Below are positions 39,601-55,200 of a DNA stretch of 64,000 bases, one piece after another. The DNA comes from a virus. The notes below the pieces were generated by a model. The model had not been told where the DNA came from. It saw nothing but the letters and a program-made list of their open reading frames with translations, and did no database searches. Made by a program: the position numbers and the translations under genes. The DNA lies in IMG/VR virus record IMGVR_UViG_3300017917_001176, positions 13,052 through 77,051 of that record. The stretch is one strand, 5' to 3'. Each line of letters begins with the position of its first letter. The stretch's first letter is position 1.

Positions 39601-42600
39601 ACTCACTGTAACTGTTGCCAGTGCTGTGGTTGTATTTGCGCCAGTGATTGCTACATTTGGTGCGAAGGTGTATCCTGAACCAGGATCGGTTACTTGATAG
39701 GTGTTAATTGCGCCATTTGCAAACAATGTGAAATTGCTAATAACTGCCTGACGTCCTTCAGTCTGGTCAGGTGGATCAATTACCGCAGCAATGTTTGCTT
39801 CAAAGTAGCCAGTTCCAAGCACTGGACGATTGTTTTCATCACGCAAAAATTCTAATCCGCTGATACCGTCAGTCCTTGCTGCAACGCCAGTGATGTTCTT
39901 ACTGTTCAGGTTCTTAACAGCACGTTCAGTTACTCCGCCAGTTGATGTTAATACCACTTCGACATCGTTGATTCTAATGGTGTCACCTAGAGTTGCATTT
40001 GGGCTACTGGTTTCAGCTGAGATTGCTCCAAAATTCAAGGCTTGATTTAGATATCTGTAAACTCTACCATTGTAGTAATTAACGTTTCTATATCCTGGTG
40101 CACCAACAAAGATGTTAAGATTGTTAGGACTGATTGCCACTGTGGCACCATAGAATGCTCGTGCAACAGGATCTGGATTCTCTATGTCTTGAATCAAGTT
40201 GAAATGATTGGTATCAACTTTGATTCTTGCGCCGTTACGTGGAACAATATTAAATGCAATAGTTGCACCTGACACTGTGAAGTCAATGCCTTCAAATACT
40301 TCAATATCATCAATCGTAACCTTGGCCACTTGGTTAACTGTTTGTGTAGCAGTAAAGATTGCACCGCTAACACCCGAGCCTGTGAACACCTGATAGGATC
40401 TATCAAATACCCAAACTTTTCCAGCTTTGGCAATATCGTCTGTGCCATCGTTCACAGTGACCTCTGGTGCTCCAACCACAACCTGATATCCGCTTTCTGT
40501 TGTGGCAATAGAAGATCCAAACTTACCAATTCTGGTAATGGCTCGATTTTCTACACCGCGTAACCCAAACCCTGGCGTTGACAATTTTGCATAGATTTCA
40601 AAATCATCAAATGTACCATCTGCTTGCTTGTTTAACACCTTGATCAGATCGTTTGTGGTCCAGGTGCCCGCTTCCATGTCCGCATAGGTATCCACAGTTC
40701 CAGCCAGTGGAATTCTATCATAATCGCTTGCACTGTAACCATTTTCCCACAATACCTGTCCGCTTGGTTCTAGTGTATCTACTAGCACATAGTATGAATT
40801 TAGAACAATAACTGAAACAGATGCCTGCCCTGCAAATTCTTTGGTCAAGAAGGTTAATGTTACACCAGCAATATTATAGTCAAGACCTTTTACATACACA
40901 CGACCATCGGCACCAACCACGCTCAGCTGGTCGATTTCAATCGGAGTAGTGTTCAATACGTATGATGTTTGTAGTACACCACGAATTGTAGTTGGCACTA
41001 TAACTGTGGTTGGATACAACTGAGAAACATAAATTGCTGTTTCGTTTGCAATGGTTTCAAAATTTGTAAATGTCAATGAACCAGCTACAACAACATAGTC
41101 AAATCCTGGCTCATATTTCTTTCCTGAGCCACCAACCACTTTAACTTCGGCATTGGTCTTTACTAATACAAAATTAGTCAGGTAACTGAACTCGCCTGGC
41201 ACCACTGTGATTTTTTGTGAGTTAGTTGGAGTGAGCTTACGTGCATACACATACACACGGTTGGCACCTGGTGCGCCAACATACAACCAACGTTGATCTT
41301 TGGTAGTAGCAAGTGCATGCCCATAACGATCCTCTGGATTCAGTTCCAGTGGGTGTAGTACCTGCGTTGGTTGCCATACTGTTCCGCCGTTTTGTGCAAT
41401 TGACACTGCACCTTTGCCGTCAAATGATCCTGGCGCACCTACAAATGCAACGTCGTATCCAATATCTAATGTGTACCCAAACTCGCTGGCATCAGGGCCA
41501 AACGATGGAACGTTTTGAATTTGAGTGAATGTTCCTTCGCCGTATTGGAATGCTTTAACAAGACCTGTACTGAAAATAACGTCTAGTTCAACTCCTGTTC
41601 CGGTAGCATCGTTACTGGTGTCAGTGACTGTAACACTAGGTGCCGCGGTATAGCCAAGACCATATGCTCTAATTGTAACACTGGTAATAGACTGATTGGT
41701 TACGTTTACATTACCAGATGCACCTGTTCCGGTGTTGTCGTTGGTATGTGTGCTAACCAGCAATCGTGGATGACGATAGTCTCTACCTTCGCCTGCTACT
41801 ACAAAGTCTTTTACAGTGCTAGGAGTAAGTCTAGCTTCTAATATGGCGCCATGGTTTACGTTTGTAGTAATCAAATTAACTGTAGGAGGATATGTATAAC
41901 CTGAGCCTGCAGAAGTAAGAATTACTTCGTCAATTGCACCATTTTGATCCAGCGTCACATAACCTGCTGCGCCAGATCCGTCGCCGCCAATCAGTTCAAT
42001 GATTGGGTTTGTTGTGAAGCCACCACCGCCATTGATCACCACAATGTTGGCCAGTGTGGTTGGAGTTAGTCTAGCCTGTACATTACCACCAGTACCTCTA
42101 GTGAACGTTAAGGTGCCGCCACTGCGATAACTGATATTTGAGTTCAGTACAACAGAACTGCTACCAGTTCCAACTTCTTTAACAGTGGTACTGATAGTGT
42201 TACCAAATCCGTCGGATCCAGTAACTGTGTCGTTTACATACACGCGACTGTGCGTGAATGCCAGTGTTTGTGTGTTTACGTTGGACCAAGTGACATTACT
42301 GGTCAGTGTGATCACGTTGGTTGCATAGTTAATGTTTGCAACCAATACTGTAACTGGTATAGTGTTTCCGGTGCCATCATTACCAAACACTGTGTCACCA
42401 ACCCATAGATCATTAACACTGTTTAATGTAAGATTTTTAGATTCACTGGCATTGGTTAAAGGAGTCTTGTTAACCGACACTGTCAACGAACTCAAAGTCA
42501 CAACGTTAGAATTAATAACATTGCCATTCACAGTTCCTGTGCTGGTATCATAAACTTCTACGTTTGGAGTCAGCTGGTAACCACTGCCTGAGGTATTTGT

Positions 42601-45600
42601 ACGACCATACAACAAGGTACCGCTGGTTTCGTTGAAATCTGCTACAGCAGTCTGTCCGCTCAGTGCCGATAGATCAGGTGGGCTAAATTCTCCGTCTGCT
42701 ACTTTATACAGGAATCCTGGATACAGCACACGCACCGTGGTAATTGATCCAGGGGTAGAATCTTTTGCGCCAGCAAGTACTAGGGTATTGTTGTTGTTGA
42801 TCTTTAATGCTTCGCCGTAGCCTTCATTGGTACGTGCATCGCCATCTCTTAGTGGCAATAATTTGTCAAATTGCCAACCTTGACTCTTTTCGAACACTGC
42901 CCATTGGTCAGTGGCAGTATCGTTGTCGATCCAAACTTTATCAGCTGATCTCCAACCTTTGATAGGAGTAGTAGTTACTAGATCATTAACACGATCAAAT
43001 CTTACTGAAGACAAGGTTAACAGAATACCAACGCCGGTGATACTCTGTGCGGAACGCAGTCTTTGAAGATTTCTGTAGCCCAAAACTTTAAATGTGCTTG
43101 ATCCAGCAACACTCAAAACTTTGTAAAAACCATTGTAGTCTGGATCAAAGTTCTTGATCACAATCAATTGATCCACTGCTACATTGTGCGGTTTGTTGCA
43201 CACAATGGTAATTTGACTGTCAAGGCCAATCTGTATCTCGTCAACCAATACATCTGTTTCGTTTGCACGATACACATTCCAACTCTTGTTAAAGTCTTTT
43301 GCTACCCAGATTTTAAATCCTGCACCAATACGATCCACTAGAGTATAGTTGTTCTGGAAGTCGGTGATATCAAACAGTGTAGCATCAACATCATCCAGAC
43401 GTGGATAGCCTGCGGTTACTGCATCGCCTACTCGTGCTTTGATATCATCTCTATTGATAATAGGATTACGGTTAAATGTGTCTTCGCTGGTTCTATACAA
43501 TGCACCTGGGTCTACGTTAATATAGCCCTCAGTTGGTGTTTCATCACGATTGATCAACAGCAGTGTCGAAGGGTTGTCAGCAAAATCTTGCTCATTCAAT
43601 TCAAACTCAATGCTTTGGTCGCTGCCAATTGCACCGTAGTCGCCAATGCGCAATGCCCATTCTTCGTATAGAGTAATACTGCTGGATAGGTTTCTAAACT
43701 GTGCAGTGGTCAACGCATCGATCGAATTGATTGTACCTTTTTGTTTAATAAATCCTTGATAGAATTTGGCCTGGCTGGTTAAATCTAAATCAAAGTCTTG
43801 GAAGTAACTGCGGTCACGATAACCAGTTACACCTTGTCCTAACAGATTAAATGTGGTATCAGTTGGACGATTGTCTATGTCATAGATGTTGTTAAACTTT
43901 TCTGCATTGTACGCAAAGTTTGGTAGTAAGCCTGTTTTGATATTGTTCTTATCAACCTGTGACCAATCAGCAAAATTAAATTCTTCGCTGGCAGTTACGT
44001 CAGAGATTGCATAGTAATATTTTTCTTTGTAGCTAACCAAACTGCCTTTTCTATAGTTGCGTCCACTGATCCACTCGTCAATGGCATCACTGTTATAGAT
44101 AAATCCAGCTGGATTCAACTGCCCTGTCCAGTTGCCTGTCTTGTTACCAATCAAGCGTAAACGATACTGTCTATTGCCCAGTTCTGGTTGATATACTACA
44201 TCTCCAAACACTGTGGAGTTGTCCATCAACAGCACATGTTCATACTGAACAACATTTAAACTTGCCAGTGCAATTGTTTGTCCAAATATTGATGTTAATG
44301 AAAATGCGTTTTCATCTCTGATAATAGTGTACTGGCTAGGTTTAATGATGTTGAAGTTTTGATCCAACACTCTGCTGCCAGTGATAGATGTACCAACTTG
44401 ATCAATGATACCAGCACTGTTATTAAATTTAAGTACATTATAGATTGGACTTAGAATCAACAAACTACCAGAGCTCCAGCCTTGCTGTGCCCAGGTCATA
44501 AATTCTCTTGCACTTAATATCCAATCCTGACGCACTTCCATGTCAGAGTTGAATGTGTCAAACACCATGCCTTGACCAATGAGATATCTACCATAGCTGA
44601 CCAAGAAGTCTACCACCTGTTGAATGGAATCAAATTCATAGCCATATGGCACAGTTACTTTGACTGGGTCAAAATCTCTGTACACTGTTGCACTGCGATT
44701 AATTGCAGTGATATTAAATCTATTCTGATTGACCTTGCTTGGAATAATAGTAAAGTAAGGTTGTTCTAGATCGTAGCCAGTTACGCTGTACCCTGTGGCA
44801 CTGCGTTCAATTACCACTGCACTGTAGGTCAGTCTTGTGATCGGAGCACTCTTGTTCAAGAAAATCTTGTAGTTTTCTTGTGGTAGCACAATGCTGCTGC
44901 TACTGCTCACTGGAGAGCTTTGATCAGCAACCACGTTCAGGAATTTAGGATCGCTGTACCCAGCCATCTTATAACTCAGCTTGACTTCTACATTCTTAAT
45001 CAATTGAGATATTTTAGCAGTACCGTCGATGGCTTTGTTTGTAAACCAATCTCGTACCCAATTGATGTAGCCTGCTGTTAGATTCACAGTACCAGAAACT
45101 AAACCATCATCAGGGATACTGAAGTTATACTTGGTAACTCGCTGTTTGCTATCTTTTAAAATTAATTGATCAATGTCTGCGTCACGTGCGTAGTCAACTG
45201 TGTTAAACATCTGACCAAAGTAGAATGCAGGACGACTTAGTGCAATTGCAATCTGTAGTGCATACGGATATTCGCTGCTGCGGCGCCATGCTGTTTCAGC
45301 TGGTGCTTGATCTCCAACTGCCCAGCCTGAACTTAATCTGCCTGAATCAAATGCTTTTGGAGCAAACTTTTCTGGACTCTTTAGTGCGCCAGTATCGTCC
45401 ACTGGAATAATTTTGCTCAGCCCTGGGCGAGCAAAACGTGCGTCGTATCCTTCACGAACTCCGCCAGCAATAAATCCTAGTTCTAGATCGTCCCATAGCA
45501 CCGAGTTAGTACCAGTGTACGGAGCAGGACCGTAGCGTTCAGTCCACCAGTCTGGCATTTCATAGAAGCCCAACATTTCCCATGGCGCTGTGTGTGGACG

Positions 45601-48600
45601 GTCTGTATCAAAATAGTATTGATAGATGCCGCGCCAGAATCCTGGCAAATTTTCACCACTGGCATCTTTAAGATATTTGTAATTCCATGTCCATGGGTTA
45701 TTGCCCTGGAATGTGGTATTGTCGTTGTAATCAATCTTGTTGTTACCGGCCCAGCGCAAGAAGTTTCTAGTCAACAGTCTGTTGAACTCTGCTCTTGTGT
45801 ACCCAGTATCTCTGAACTTGCCTGGTATGCTGTCAATTACATCCAACAGTGTGTTCTGGTAATCGACCTTGATGTTGTTGTAGATACGCAGTTCAAGTTC
45901 CAACAGCAACTGGTCACGGTAGTCACCAAAGGTTGGAGTAATGCTGCCATCGTGTCCAATCAATACTTCTGTTGGCACTTGGTACGTGTTGTCAGTATAG
46001 ATACGTGGAACAAAACGAGGATACAATCCCAGCTTGGTTGGAGTTTCTGGAACATAGCTGCCAACAGTACTTGGACGATCAATAACATCTAATCGTTGTG
46101 TGTATGACAGTGTCACAGTTGATGCAATGTCAATTGCAGAAATATTTTGATTAAATGTAAAGTCAATGCCCTTGATCAACTGTTGACGCAGGCCAATTGA
46201 ATCATCAATCAGATAAACCAACACGCTACGACGACTTGGAACTGTGTCGTAATAGATGCTTGGAATCTGATAGCGACGTTGGCGAATGTCAAGAATAGGA
46301 ATTGATGTTGTGGTATTTGCAGTGCCATATGGAACCATGTCGCTGTCGTACCATGGCATGGTGGTATTGCGACCCACATTAACAATATTCATCAGCTGGT
46401 CAACTGCTGCTGGAATATTCTTAACATTAATTTCTTGTCTAATAGCCTGGTCTAAGAACTTGTTTTTAAACTTGGTGTATTCTTTTTGTGCAAATTCTGC
46501 TGCTTCAATAAACTCAAGTCCTTGATCACCAAAGAACAGCGCACTGTACATTGCAGGCGCTGCATGTTGCATCACTGCACCACTCCAACCTTTTATGTCA
46601 ATGTCGCGCAGGTTATTGGTGCCTAGCACTGTGCCAGTTAATCCATAATGATTTTCTGACATGGTCACCAGGTGCTGTCGTAACTGTCCCAGTGTCAGAG
46701 AAGTAAAGTTTGTGTTCTCTGTGTTTAAATCAATATTGGTTGGAATTTGATAGTAGCCCAACGATGACACTTGATCACTGTATATCAGTATGTCTACTTT
46801 GCTCAACGGAGCATCTACCAACAGGTCCGCATCAATAATAATAACCTTACGTTCTTGGAATGTGGTTATTTGATACTGAGTTTCATCAATCAACACATTG
46901 TCAACATATACCTTGATGTAGGGAATTGTTGCACTGACCTTAGGGAATATATCAATTTCAAAGTAATTGGTATTGCCGTCAAAGAACTTGGTGATGATCT
47001 GATACTGTTTGGTTAACTCTGTTGCACGAGTCCAAATGTTTCTAAACTTGAATCCTGTAGCAGTCTTTTGCTTAAAGAAAAACTCATTGATTGGATTCAA
47101 TACTTCAATCTTGTTTGACAGGTATGCAAAAGATTCTGTATCATAATTGTTTTCGAACACAATATCGCCAACGTTTTGGAAATTACGATAGCTCAGTGGG
47201 AATCCCAATTGCGGATCATTGCTGCCTGTGCCGGACTTGTATGAGAAAATCTTTGTTCCAAAGAATTTGCTACCTTGATACACTGTGGTATCAGAAGCAC
47301 TTGCGCCGTTCTTGTTAAACACATCAAACAGTGGTGCTTGGTTGTACTTGCTCTTCTGCTGCGCAGGCAACCAATTGGTACCATCGTACCAGTACTGGTT
47401 AAATGTATTAACTCCAACTTGACGCTGTTTGAGTGAGGACACACCTGTGGTAGGCAGTGCAATAATAACAGTATCGTCTGCTTCGTATGTGTCAGGGGTT
47501 TCGTCTGCGGTGATAGTTTGTGTTACGTTCAGACTTTGAATCTGCGCCAATGCTTTAGCCGACAGGGTAAAGGTCAGCAACAGACTTTCAAATGCAGGCT
47601 GTGTTTGATTTAGATCCACAAAGTAATCAAATGTGTCTGTACCAGTTTGTACACTAATCAAATCAATAATACGAGGAACTTGTGAGCCAGTGGTAACGCC
47701 ATCACCGGCCACGCTAAATTCACTGTTCACGCTCATGCCAATTTCAAGACCGTCTAGATCATTGACCTGTAGTCTAGCAGTGCCTGTGGAAGTAGCCACT
47801 TTAACAATTGCTGGAATTGCAGGTTCAATTGTGATGGTTGGCGCTGAAGTGTACTCGGCACCAGCATTTTCAATTTGAATGCTTTGAATCTTGGTTGAGT
47901 TCAAATTGGTAGTAACTGCGCCCACTGAGCTGAAAGACAACGGAACGCCTGTGTCAACATTAATACGTTGACTAATAGTAATGCTCTTGTTCACTTGGTC
48001 AACAGATACAACTTTGATAACTGATGTTGCTAGTGCTTCAGACAACACACGCACAGTCATGCCATGCTGTAGTCCTTCAACTGATGTCAGTGACACTCTT
48101 GTGGTATCAAACACTGGCAAACGTGTATAATACGTTGCCTTGATTTCGCCTGCAGGAGCACTGTCGCCTGTGTAATCTTCTGTAAAGTATCTGCTCTTGG
48201 CAGTAAAGAATATGTTGCTGTTAGATGGCAAGTTGATAATTTCGCCGTCCGAGTCCAAAGAATTGATGTCGCCCGACAGTGTGATTTGCCATTGTGTTTC
48301 TAGATTTTCTTCTATCTGTTCAATGCCAACCACAGTTAGTATTGTGGCTTCAGATAGACCAACGTCCATGTAGTATCTGTAGTTGTTAGGATCTGGACCA
48401 GTGATACTGGTGCTGGCATACGGAATTTGTCCAAAGTCAGTGTACTTGGGCTGTAGATTGTCTACCACTATCAAGAAAGCTCTCCAACCTTCTTTAATGT
48501 AGCGAATTTCTTCTGAGTCTGCAAATGTCAGTACTCTTGTTCCATAGGTAACTTCTTTAATGGTAGTAGCAGTTGCAGAGCTGATGATTTCTGTGGTAAT

Positions 48601-51600
48601 GTTGTTTGCAATTTCATATCCGCTGCCTGCGTCAACAATTTTAAAGTATTCAATTACATTGTCATTTAAGATTGCAGTAGCAGTTGGGGTTACTGTGCCA
48701 CCAACTGCGGTAATTGTTATATTAGGTGCAGTTGTATATCCAGCACCGTGTTCGGTTACCTTGATAGCATACACTTCTGTACCGTCTGCAGACACAGTGG
48801 CAGCAGCTCTGATACCCACAAAAGATACCACAGTACCAGCACGTATGCTGATAGCCTCACTTAATTCCAGTGTGTTTTCGTCAATGATCTTGGTAACTGT
48901 TACTCCGTACTCAATGGTGTATGATGCTAGCACACCGCTGTCAAGGTAATCAGTATAGTTTCTACCGTCTAGTGTGATCTGTAGGGCATCGTCAGCATAC
49001 AGTCTCACTTGAGTTAGACTAACTACTTTGATCCAATAGGTCTTATTATTAAGTTCTTCTGTTCCGTTAACACCACGAATAACAATTTGATCGCCATCAA
49101 TTAGGCCATGCGGATTCTCAGTGGTTACTACAACTGGATTATCTGTTTCAACTCCAACAATGTTCACTGGCTGTTGTCCGCCAGTGATATACATGTCTGG
49201 GCTTGCAGTGCTGGTGCTGTCCACATTCAGTGTGGTGCTAAAACGCACTGTTTCAACTGCTACCGCTGTGCTAACTCCGTCTGGTTTAAATGTATATTGT
49301 CTTCCGTTCTTTACCAGTATAGAAGAACTCATCAATACACTGGCGTTACCAAACACTGTGCTCACTGTGGCGCCAACTGGTACACCTTCACCAAACACAC
49401 GCCATCCGGTTGCAATGGTACCAACTGCACTCAATGAAACAATGTCTGTACTGAATACTACACTGTTAGAGTACACTGCGGTAGCCACTTCCACTGTGGA
49501 AGTTGACGGCTTGAACACATATTTGGTTTCATCTAATACAGCAGCAGGGCTGCTTAATCGTACAGCAGATCCAACCACTTCTTCAACTGTGGTACCACCT
49601 GTTACACCATTGGCAAAAACCAATTGGCCAGCACTTACACCGCTGGTGCTGTCTAGCGTTACTAGGTTACTGGTGAATACCACTGAGTTTGCATAACTTG
49701 CAAACTTCTCAAGACTGTTTGGACTTTCAATGCTGATACTTGCAGCGCCAATACCAGATCCAGCATTGGTAATACGAATATAATCCACATACTTGTAGGC
49801 ACTGTACACAGGAGTAACCACTGCTGTTGATGTGCTGGTAGTAGAGATTTTAACATATGGGTCAGCAATATAGTTAATACCGCCATATGACACGCTAACG
49901 TTTGCAACAGAAGTTGGGCGCATGATTGCGCTGCCGGTTGTCTGTACTGCGCCAATACTTGGTACAGGACGGCTGAATGTCACAGTAGGAACGAAGCCGT
50001 ACACCGGAGCAACTGAGTAACCAGAACCACCAGTTACCAATTGGTAATTATAAATTTCGCCGTTTAACAGTTCAATATCAATTTGTGCGCCTGATCCAAT
50101 ACCACCACCAACAAATGTTACTTCAGGCTTGCTGCGATAACCTGCACCACGATCACTAAATGTAATGTCTAAAATTTCGCCTGTGATAGAATCCACACTC
50201 AGTGTGGCTGCTGCAGGACGGTCAGGATTTCCGCCAACAAAGGCTACACTAACGTCTTCAACTAGCTGTGCGCCATTAACATAGTATGTTGGCAATAGTT
50301 CTGTGTTTTGACTTACCAAGTGAATCTTGGTACGTTCTGCCACAGTGATAAAGTCCACACGATAAATTCTGTTGCGAACTTCGGGGTTAGTGTCTGCGGC
50401 AAAAATAATACGTGTGCCAGCAGTCAACGGACGGCTTACGTTGTTTGGCAGTTGAATAACATAGCTTTCCTGTCCTTCAACTTCCTTGAACGCATCAGTC
50501 ACTGAATAGTCAAGTATTTCAACTGGTGCTTTGGCCAGTTGTCCATAATTGTACAAATACAGGTCTGGCTCAAATTCAATAATTGGTCTTGATGCACGAG
50601 TTGCAATTGTTTCACGAATGGTTGGATCGTTGTTGTAGGTCGCTGCTAGATCAATCAGTTCGCTGTGGAACCAACGATTGCTACGTGACCATGCGTTTAG
50701 ATCCAAACTGCCACGACTCACAGTGATGTAGTCTGGAGTGCTTAGGTTGTCATCTAGTGCATACTGCTCCGGAACAATAAGGTTACCAGCACTGACCAGA
50801 CGAATACTCTTGCCTACACCTTCAACAATGTACACATTGTTAGTATAGCTAACAGGAGTAACTGTGCCATCAAAGCGAATCTTCATGCCATTGGTAAACT
50901 TAACACCGTTAGGACTGGTATAGTTTGTTCTGCCAATGATGTCTGTTTCTACATCAATCACAGCAGAGTCTGGCTCTACCAAACGAATGATGCCGCCGTA
51001 GCTGTTGCTGTTACCGTCTTGGTAGTACAGTTCTGTCAATTGCGCTGTCAGCGGCTGTACTGGCTCCCAGTAGCCTTCTGAATTTTTAAGATATTCAACT
51101 CCAGCGTTTGATGTTCCGCTGGTAATAAAAACTTTCTTGCCTTTTTCAACCACTTGCACACGCTCTAAGCGCAGCAGTCCGTTGGTGGTGCCCACTGGCA
51201 GCACACGGATTCTCCAGATATCAAATCTGTCTACGCCTGGTACTGTATCGCCGGCTTCAAATCCGTATGTAGTAAATGCGTCGGCTTGATCAAACGACTC
51301 GTAGTCAAATACTCCTTGATCTGTCCAAGCATCGTTCTCCATGGTTTGATTCAAGAAGATCAGTGTACGGCCATCTAGTGCTCTGGACACCGAGCCATCA
51401 ATGCCCCCAGAGTTTCTAATAGCTGTTAGCAGATGATTTTGTATCTGTGTATAAGTCAGCGAAGTAGCATAGTCAACGCTGGCCACACGCTCTGCAAATC
51501 TAAAACTGTCTTGTGCATTTGAAGCAGGTACTCTAAAAATCACTGTACCGTTGTCGTCACCGTTGTTGGTTACACCAAGAATTGTACGTGACAGTTCTTC

Positions 51601-52242
51601 TGCTTCACTGCTACGAGTGCCAGTGGCGCCCGGTTCTGTTTGAATCCAGAAAGGATTACCAGTCTGGCCAATATTGAATCTATAGGTAGTGCCTTTGATT
51701 AATGTGATAATAGGATTAGGGTCTGTGCCGTATCCTGTGAATGTGTATGCTGTACGAGTGGCATCACGTACTACATTAAAATTCAAATTAGTAGTGGTTT
51801 GATTTGCACTCACAGTAACTTCAGGAGGACCATCAGGCAACCAATAGTACTGATTAAAATTTACAAACTTGTCAAAGTCAAACAGTCCGTTGAAGTTATA
51901 GCTTTCGTTTTCAAACAGTCTACTGTGGTCGTTGGTAATACCGCCGTAATGAGCAATTTTCTGAATCAGATCTAGATAGCTGGAATAGAACAACACATTG
52001 TTGCTGGCATCTTGCACAACAAAACTTGGTTCCAATTGATAATTTTGACGATCGGATGTGGGTTCTTCAAGATAGCTGTCTCCTGACTTGTAGGTAGGAG
52101 CAAATTTTCTACCAATGAATCCATCTACACGACGAAAGTCTGGTTCTGATACCAGCTGATCAACCGTAGCTGCCAAGAACTTTTTGTTAACATCTGTTCT
52201 AAATATTTCTGGTAGCAGGTTAATGCTTTTGATTGCGGCCAT
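33670..52242 (-). CDS. giant (6190 aa) virion/baseplate protein with adhesin-like domains
   Basis: Uninterrupted ORF next to the gp6-like gene; many G.GY..AP.V repeats, FG-GAP-like blades and BNR-like blades. Confidence 0.8.
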   Translation of the reverse strand: MAAIKSINLLPEIFRTDVNKKFLAATVDQLVSEPDFRRVDGFIGRKFAPTYKSGDSYLEEPTSDRQNYQLEPSFVVQDASNNVLFYSSYLDLIQKIAHYGGITNDHSRLFENESYNFNGLFDFDKFVNFNQYYWLPDGPPEVTVSANQTTTNLNFNVVRDATRTAYTFTGYGTDPNPIITLIKGTTYRFNIGQTGNPFWIQTEPGATGTRSSEAEELSRTILGVTNNGDDNGTVIFRVPASNAQDSFRFAERVASVDYATSLTYTQIQNHLLTAIRNSGGIDGSVSRALDGRTLIFLNQTMENDAWTDQGVFDYESFDQADAFTTYGFEAGDTVPGVDRFDIWRIRVLPVGTTNGLLRLERVQVVEKGKKVFITSGTSNAGVEYLKNSEGYWEPVQPLTAQLTELYYQDGNSNSYGGIIRLVEPDSAVIDVETDIIGRTNYTSPNGVKFTNGMKIRFDGTVTPVSYTNNVYIVEGVGKSIRLVSAGNLIVPEQYALDDNLSTPDYITVSRGSLDLNAWSRSNRWFHSELIDLAATYNNDPTIRETIATRASRPIIEFEPDLYLYNYGQLAKAPVEILDYSVTDAFKEVEGQESYVIQLPNNVSRPLTAGTRIIFAADTNPEVRNRIYRVDFITVAERTKIHLVSQNTELLPTYYVNGAQLVEDVSVAFVGGNPDRPAAATLSVDSITGEILDITFSDRGAGYRSKPEVTFVGGGIGSGAQIDIELLNGEIYNYQLVTGGSGYSVAPVYGFVPTVTFSRPVPSIGAVQTTGSAIMRPTSVANVSVSYGGINYIADPYVKISTTSTSTAVVTPVYSAYKYVDYIRITNAGSGIGAASISIESPNSLEKFASYANSVVFTSNLVTLDSTSGVSAGQLVFANGVTGGTTVEEVVGSAVRLSSPAAVLDETKYVFKPSTSTVEVATAVYSNSVVFSTDIVSLSAVGTIATGWRVFGEGVPVGATVSTVFGNASVLMSSSILVKNGRQYTFKPDGVSTAVAVETVRFSTTLNVDSTSTASPDMYITGGQQPVNIVGVETDNPVVVTTENPHGLIDGDQIVIRGVNGTEELNNKTYWIKVVSLTQVRLYADDALQITLDGRNYTDYLDSGVLASYTIEYGVTVTKIIDENTLELSEAISIRAGTVVSFVGIRAAATVSADGTEVYAIKVTEHGAGYTTAPNITITAVGGTVTPTATAILNDNVIEYFKIVDAGSGYEIANNITTEIISSATATTIKEVTYGTRVLTFADSEEIRYIKEGWRAFLIVVDNLQPKYTDFGQIPYASTSITGPDPNNYRYYMDVGLSEATILTVVGIEQIEENLETQWQITLSGDINSLDSDGEIINLPSNSNIFFTAKSRYFTEDYTGDSAPAGEIKATYYTRLPVFDTTRVSLTSVEGLQHGMTVRVLSEALATSVIKVVSVDQVNKSITISQRINVDTGVPLSFSSVGAVTTNLNSTKIQSIQIENAGAEYTSAPTITIEPAIPAIVKVATSTGTARLQVNDLDGLEIGMSVNSEFSVAGDGVTTGSQVPRIIDLISVQTGTDTFDYFVDLNQTQPAFESLLLTFTLSAKALAQIQSLNVTQTITADETPDTYEADDTVIIALPTTGVSSLKQRQVGVNTFNQYWYDGTNWLPAQQKSKYNQAPLFDVFNKNGASASDTTVYQGSKFFGTKIFSYKSGTGSNDPQLGFPLSYRNFQNVGDIVFENNYDTESFAYLSNKIEVLNPINEFFFKQKTATGFKFRNIWTRATELTKQYQIITKFFDGNTNYFEIDIFPKVSATIPYIKVYVDNVLIDETQYQITTFQERKVIIIDADLLVDAPLSKVDILIYSDQVSSLGYYQIPTNIDLNTENTNFTSLTLGQLRQHLVTMSENHYGLTGTVLGTNNLRDIDIKGWSGAVMQHAAPAMYSALFFGDQGLEFIEAAEFAQKEYTKFKNKFLDQAIRQEINVKNIPAAVDQLMNIVNVGRNTTMPWYDSDMVPYGTANTTTSIPILDIRQRRYQIPSIYYDTVPSRRSVLVYLIDDSIGLRQQLIKGIDFTFNQNISAIDIASTVTLSYTQRLDVIDRPSTVGSYVPETPTKLGLYPRFVPRIYTDNTYQVPTEVLIGHDGSITPTFGDYRDQLLLELELRIYNNIKVDYQNTLLDVIDSIPGKFRDTGYTRAEFNRLLTRNFLRWAGNNKIDYNDNTTFQGNNPWTWNYKYLKDASGENLPGFWRGIYQYYFDTDRPHTAPWEMLGFYEMPDWWTERYGPAPYTGTNSVLWDDLELGFIAGGVREGYDARFARPGLSKIIPVDDTGALKSPEKFAPKAFDSGRLSSGWAVGDQAPAETAWRRSSEYPYALQIAIALSRPAFYFGQMFNTVDYARDADIDQLILKDSKQRVTKYNFSIPDDGLVSGTVNLTAGYINWVRDWFTNKAIDGTAKISQLIKNVEVKLSYKMAGYSDPKFLNVVADQSSPVSSSSSIVLPQENYKIFLNKSAPITRLTYSAVVIERSATGYSVTGYDLEQPYFTIIPSKVNQNRFNITAINRSATVYRDFDPVKVTVPYGYEFDSIQQVVDFLVSYGRYLIGQGMVFDTFNSDMEVRQDWILSAREFMTWAQQGWSSGSLLILSPIYNVLKFNNSAGIIDQVGTSITGSRVLDQNFNIIKPSQYTIIRDENAFSLTSIFGQTIALASLNVVQYEHVLLMDNSTVFGDVVYQPELGNRQYRLRLIGNKTGNWTGQLNPAGFIYNSDAIDEWISGRNYRKGSLVSYKEKYYYAISDVTASEEFNFADWSQVDKNNIKTGLLPNFAYNAEKFNNIYDIDNRPTDTTFNLLGQGVTGYRDRSYFQDFDLDLTSQAKFYQGFIKQKGTINSIDALTTAQFRNLSSSITLYEEWALRIGDYGAIGSDQSIEFELNEQDFADNPSTLLLINRDETPTEGYINVDPGALYRTSEDTFNRNPIINRDDIKARVGDAVTAGYPRLDDVDATLFDITDFQNNYTLVDRIGAGFKIWVAKDFNKSWNVYRANETDVLVDEIQIGLDSQITIVCNKPHNVAVDQLIVIKNFDPDYNGFYKVLSVAGSSTFKVLGYRNLQRLRSAQSITGVGILLTLSSVRFDRVNDLVTTTPIKGWRSADKVWIDNDTATDQWAVFEKSQGWQFDKLLPLRDGDARTNEGYGEALKINNNNTLVLAGAKDSTPGSITTVRVLYPGFLYKVADGEFSPPDLSALSGQTAVADFNETSGTLLYGRTNTSGSGYQLTPNVEVYDTSTGTVNGNVINSNVVTLSSLTVSVNKTPLTNASESKNLTLNSVNDLWVGDTVFGNDGTGNTIPVTVLVANINYATNVITLTSNVTWSNVNTQTLAFTHSRVYVNDTVTGSDGFGNTISTTVKEVGTGSSSVVLNSNISYRSGGTLTFTRGTGGNVQARLTPTTLANIVVINGGGGFTTNPIIELIGGDGSGAAGYVTLDQNGAIDEVILTSAGSGYTYPPTVNLITTNVNHGAILEARLTPSTVKDFVVAGEGRDYRHPRLLVSTHTNDNTGTGASGNVNVTNQSITSVTIRAYGLGYTAAPSVTVTDTSNDATGTGVELDVIFSTGLVKAFQYGEGTFTQIQNVPSFGPDASEFGYTLDIGYDVAFVGAPGSFDGKGAVSIAQNGGTVWQPTQVLHPLELNPEDRYGHALATTKDQRWLYVGAPGANRVYVYARKLTPTNSQKITVVPGEFSYLTNFVLVKTNAEVKVVGGSGKKYEPGFDYVVVAGSLTFTNFETIANETAIYVSQLYPTTVIVPTTIRGVLQTSYVLNTTPIEIDQLSVVGADGRVYVKGLDYNIAGVTLTFLTKEFAGQASVSVIVLNSYYVLVDTLEPSGQVLWENGYSASDYDRIPLAGTVDTYADMEAGTWTTNDLIKVLNKQADGTFDDFEIYAKLSTPGFGLRGVENRAITRIGKFGSSIATTESGYQVVVGAPEVTVNDGTDDIAKAGKVWVFDRSYQVFTGSGVSGAIFTATQTVNQVAKVTIDDIEVFEGIDFTVSGATIAFNIVPRNGARIKVDTNHFNLIQDIENPDPVARAFYGATVAISPNNLNIFVGAPGYRNVNYYNGRVYRYLNQALNFGAISAETSSPNATLGDTIRINDVEVVLTSTGGVTERAVKNLNSKNITGVAARTDGISGLEFLRDENNRPVLGTGYFEANIAAVIDPPDQTEGRQAVISNFTLFANGAINTYQVTDPGSGYTFAPNVAITGANTTTALATVTVSRSPLKIYTTERSKDKRINILPGVGTGLSDLGLKIYKQVQIFEHPDSGTPEKFGTIVKVDNTTGESLLVSSLGGATLKTSTFDNLSTLFDRDTTRFIDVLKNSGAVYVYDYLPIPGETLSEPSQYLYNQVLQNSLILFNDNFGSGIAINNDWVVVGSTRSDYYREDAGAVHLFTNPTLSKGWVKLRERGDKVDIDYINQAFLYDQNTQLIVTDLDYFDPVKGKILGVADQDLDYKTAYDPAVYNRTTVSAVTYDTNSSWNEVQVGRTWWNLDTCRYIDYEQGDINYRVTYWGQLFPGSTIEVCEWVESLVLPSQYAATNNGEAKYADDSAYVEQSFYDSQSGLIKTKYYYWVKNKTNIESSYTTRTSSVAAIADFIQDPRGQDIPYVAVVASNAFSLYNVNNYLSASDIILKIEYARTLNENIAHSEYELVQQNNPLSQVPEKYISKLIDSLSGENSVGEVVPDLRLKENNQVGVGVRPRQTMIKNPAKAIQIFVGYLNRFLAENLIVRSKDLTGLQAQEPVPPDAAGFYNQVVNTYDELNYIPVAGLIDGYKVLVLNDGENEGYWTIYEFTEANTPQWSLNRIQSYDSNRYWSYANWYTTGYNDQTQVDYIVQEFKDIATVTSAAEGDVIKVLDDGNGNFELYAIDSTLAPVIVGAQNGTIQLNESLYNTDLSLVGFDNTGFDNIGFAKTNAIELRNIIQGMFDGILTNTDSVEINKLFFVLINYILSEQKNVDWLIKTSFVSVVHKIRKLEQFAAYTRDQQDYFEQYINEVKPYRTQVREYLLDYEGLEYAVADSTDFDFPSVYDSITGTYRPLNINVPRDANAIAASASVNWLNNYKYSVQSIIVIDGGEGYVRAPTVTISGNGTGATATAIINPAGQVTEIDIVTAGSGYTTTPTVTFTGGGGFGARAYVVLSGSSANVNISTQNKTVRTITTTLSFDRTTYVSKVRMWKPYTTYHPGDIIVVPDVTKTLFANLPDQLLPRYNNVYLAIKTVLGTDTLNLNIFDDETVVQKLRGSDIDNAIDRVAAYNQPGTPDIATLYSSPDTNRLDDSNTNDAVSSQGNEWNAVKHSGVVPATHEYQYIAVGNRGLIALSKNSTNWVVAFISENQINLRDACLFNGTTWIAVGNQATLLTSDNAVDWSKEVVTEYQFSPTIDNTSGSTLLNASQAIDFTAVAEVTGTRGNYVIAAGNGSNILMNPYDTSLDLDQGWYSAKPQPTIYGTPIQFLTLFSQSFGDLTDNNGTTYAVDLQDSGYFTTSGTSNNRLQQGFVIAAGNNGNFFITSYARLEDALLGYAKGYNYDAGKAGDSAYPWIEMKAPIDVIGQGDGVSGQQINAIALSGETDRWLVAVGSAGTLIWNKLDSPVQLRSGAAELGSDTIGKTVVNYGIEVFKNFRAFNADNFISPLSPAAVKTINFSDVTWDGEKFVVVGNESTIIWGYPGVQSEAYIELGAVNPVLSAGTRTPSADWDAVTDATSLTVLIPSTDLAGEVFAGMTVTASLLPDDSLVTGVSYNAETTLWSIAIAFATATVSAGVNQRVSFSYGFVDDIPSGTTLTFTGPNSASIQLVTSRAASKGDNIVYVDNYTKVLGNWTISGTGMPTGARVKQVGRFANFTWQYARSSGKDVNIDYNSVSVNTTTVQLNTPFTANIPAGALVTFFDTTGTKLQLRTTQFLNKDTYTLAFANTATLGAGYTLEANTTLGILGGVAITSTKSYTIGGVLDHLAKDIPDLVPGTSYPGARVIGQPYTETATDILSLDTQITSVYTDNELGTRPEDITINGGKYIDTFSSHAPEELVPGQVIDSLQMNVFTANVVNGNVDYGNVIAYKAFTDYKLPTVYYRLPAANTVILTSELSYDSEEVAVDDVAKLPEPNASQNQPGSIWINAEKINYFGIDYGRNVLTDIRRGAARTSIPLAHPVGSIITDASAEQIITRDTVLSITQDLEVNNGFSGNANTATYQSTIISSVPQGTIWLERP

Positions 52243-52270
52243 ATTTCTATTCTCTCAAGATCTATTTTTA

Positions 52271-52276
52271 TATTTA
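52271..52276 (-). promoter_or_regulatory. late-promoter box TAAATA
   Basis: Intergenic, upstream of the giant gene start. Confidence 0.6.
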
Positions 52277-52286
52277 CCGTAAAAAA

Positions 52287-55200
52287 TTACACCAGTTGCG
52301 CGGCAGTGATAGCAGAAATAATTTCCACGTTGTCCACTGTTGCGGCACTGACCATGATTTCGTCTGGTTCTGCATTGATTTGGTACAGGTTACCAAAGCC
52401 CAAACTTGTACTGGTTGGAACAATGATAATACTGGAAATTTTTGGAGTTAGAACGCTGTGCAAATATGCACTCAGTTCACTGAAGAAAAATGCTTCGCCA
52501 AAGTCCCAATTACCAATATCAAAGTAAGTGTTGATAGCAGAAATAACTGCTGTCTTGATATCGTTATCGCTTACAACCACATTGGGATTCTTAACAACCT
52601 TGAACTTGGCTTGCAGTGCAGCTTCGGCCTTTGGTCCAAACAATGGTTTGAATCTTGCGCTGGCAAAAATCAATGTGTCACTGATAGCTTTGTAGTTGTC
52701 TAAAGTGCCGTACTGTAATTGTAATTCTTCTGTGGTTGGCTCTATAGGCTTGGTTAATCTATTGGTAGTATCTTGCACCCAGGCCTGATAGTCTGTAGAA
52801 TATTGCTTGGTCAGCACAAACAGGTCAATGATGTTGTTTGGACTTGGATCAATTCTGCGATTGGCAGGACTGGTATGACGGTATTGGAAATACAGATTCT
52901 GACGTCCAGGCAATAGCAAGTAGGCATCACCGTTCACACTTTCTGTTAAACTACGAGTGGTCACAGTGTTTTGCACAGTCACACTCAATGTATAAAATCT
53001 ATTCTCGCCCGACGCATAAAAGATCTGGCCATTGTTGTACTGATCGTACACTGCCACAATGTCTGCTTGGCTTAGAAACGCTGTTTCAACTGCACCTTCG
53101 TCAATGATTTCATACTGTACATAGTTGTTGCTGTTGTAAATCTTTTTAAAGAACACGTTTTTGTTCTGTGCATTCACAGTGGGATTTACAATTTCAGCAA
53201 ACAGGTCAGGATTATCTGGAACTCCATCGCGGTTTGAGTCTGGGTACTTGAGCAACACCTTGCTGGTGTTTTCAAAACCGTCAGCATCAATGATCATCTT
53301 GTAGATAAAATATATCTTGTCATCGTATAGACTATCTGTCAAATCTGGTGCAGAGTTGCTGCGCAGCACTTTAATTTGGTCGTTGATAACCTGTGCGCTC
53401 TTAGGATCGTACACTCGCACCTTGGGATCAAAGTAAAATTTGGTTTCTCTTTTACTTTCAAAGATATAGTTCAACTGACGGTAATAAACCTTGTAGCCAA
53501 AATTGGTACTTACAAATGCAATGAACCAGCTGGCGTCCAAACTACTTGCAGTAGCATTGCCTGCATTGGCTTCACTGTACTCGGCATTCACTGCACCGTT
53601 GCCAATCAAGGCACTGTTAGTTTGTATAAGTTTCAAATCCTGTGGCTGAATCACTGCCCAGGTCTTGTTCAGCTGATCAAATCTTAATCCAAAATTCTTT
53701 TTACTGTTGATCAAGGTAGCAGTGGTACGCAGAATATCAACTGGAATAATGTTATAGATCTGTGGAATAATTTCTTCAATGTATGCGCCACTAGGAACAA
53801 ATGTTGACAGTATGATTGGACCTTCAATGCTGTTATTGATAACACCAGAGTTTGTACCATCACCGTTAACTTGCACCACGGTAGCATACAGATACACACG
53901 ATCGCCTGCTACACCTGGTGAACCAAATTTAATGTCGTTGGTTTTGTCAAAGTAAGCAGGTGTAGTCAACAGCTCAGGAGATGCACGGAACTTGATGATT
54001 GCACCCTTGGTAATAAATCGCATGGCTGTGGAACTGGCAGATCCAACTTTGATTGGGGTAGCATAGGTATTGTTTACCACAGAATTCACGTAGTTGCCAG
54101 AGGTAGCAAAGAATCCTGTGCTTTGATTTGTACCAACAGTCAATCGTGTCCATGCTACATCAAAGATACTTCCGTTAACTGCAACGTCTCTGGTATTGTA
54201 ACGTGGTAACTTTTCGTAGAACAATTGTGTAAAGGGAACATAATTGTCAACCAACAATTGGTTGTTAATTGCATCATTCAAACTGCCCACAATGTCACCG
54301 TTGGTTGGTGGTACGTAGTCTTGTACCTCCACAGACTCTTGACGATATAACACACCGTCTTCTCCAAATACATTGGTTGATGAATACTTGCCTGTGATAT
54401 CAATGGTATCCAGGTAACGGCTTACGCCTGAACTGGAACGGTTAGTGGCCTTGATTTTTAAAATGTTGCTGAACAGTGTGAATGGCAAGATGTTATAATC
54501 TTCGCCAGTGATCATACGGTTCTGAGTATAATACTGCTGTGGTGCCTTGGTTTTGATTTCGTCCAAGGTTTCGCGAGTGTTGGCGTTGTTTACTGTGTAC
54601 TGTAAACTGGCTCTTAGTGTGATAGTTTCTGCTCTGCCAGTGCGGCTCACATACACAATAGGAATTGTGACAGCCTGCATTTCTTCTGGAGTGATTTTAT
54701 AGCTGAGTGCATTACTGGTTCTATAGTACACACGGAAACTGCCAATTGGAATGTTAGCAAATGCACCATCACCAAACACAATGTCCACTTGGTCATTGGC
54801 ACGGGTGTTCACTTGGAAAATGTTACGCTCAATTGATGTATTATAGATAACGTTGAAGCCGGCCACGTTTGGCACCTGAGTCCATTTTTCTGTTGGAGTG
54901 CCGGCGCTGTCTAACTTAAACAACCAGATGTCTGTGTTGTTGATGTTGTCAATGTTAATAGACACCACACGATTAGGCAAGCTGTCTGTTACAGTAAAGT
55001 CCAGAGTGTTGATATCACCTTGTTTAAAATAAGTGAACCAACCTGTGTTGTTGCTGGCATTGCCTAGATTATCGTTACGATACAGAATGTTAAAAATACG
55101 TGTAGGGTTAGGATCACGCTCATAGATATAACTTTGATCCACGCTGGTAGGGCTCACAACCTCAAAGGTCATGTTAGCAGTTTCCACAACACTCTGAAAT

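Noticed and set aside
33670-52242. Stop-codon reassignment, and the many short ORFs overlapping the giant gene
   Set aside because: Genes tile densely in the standard code with all three stops used; the short ORFs are antisense or off-frame shadows
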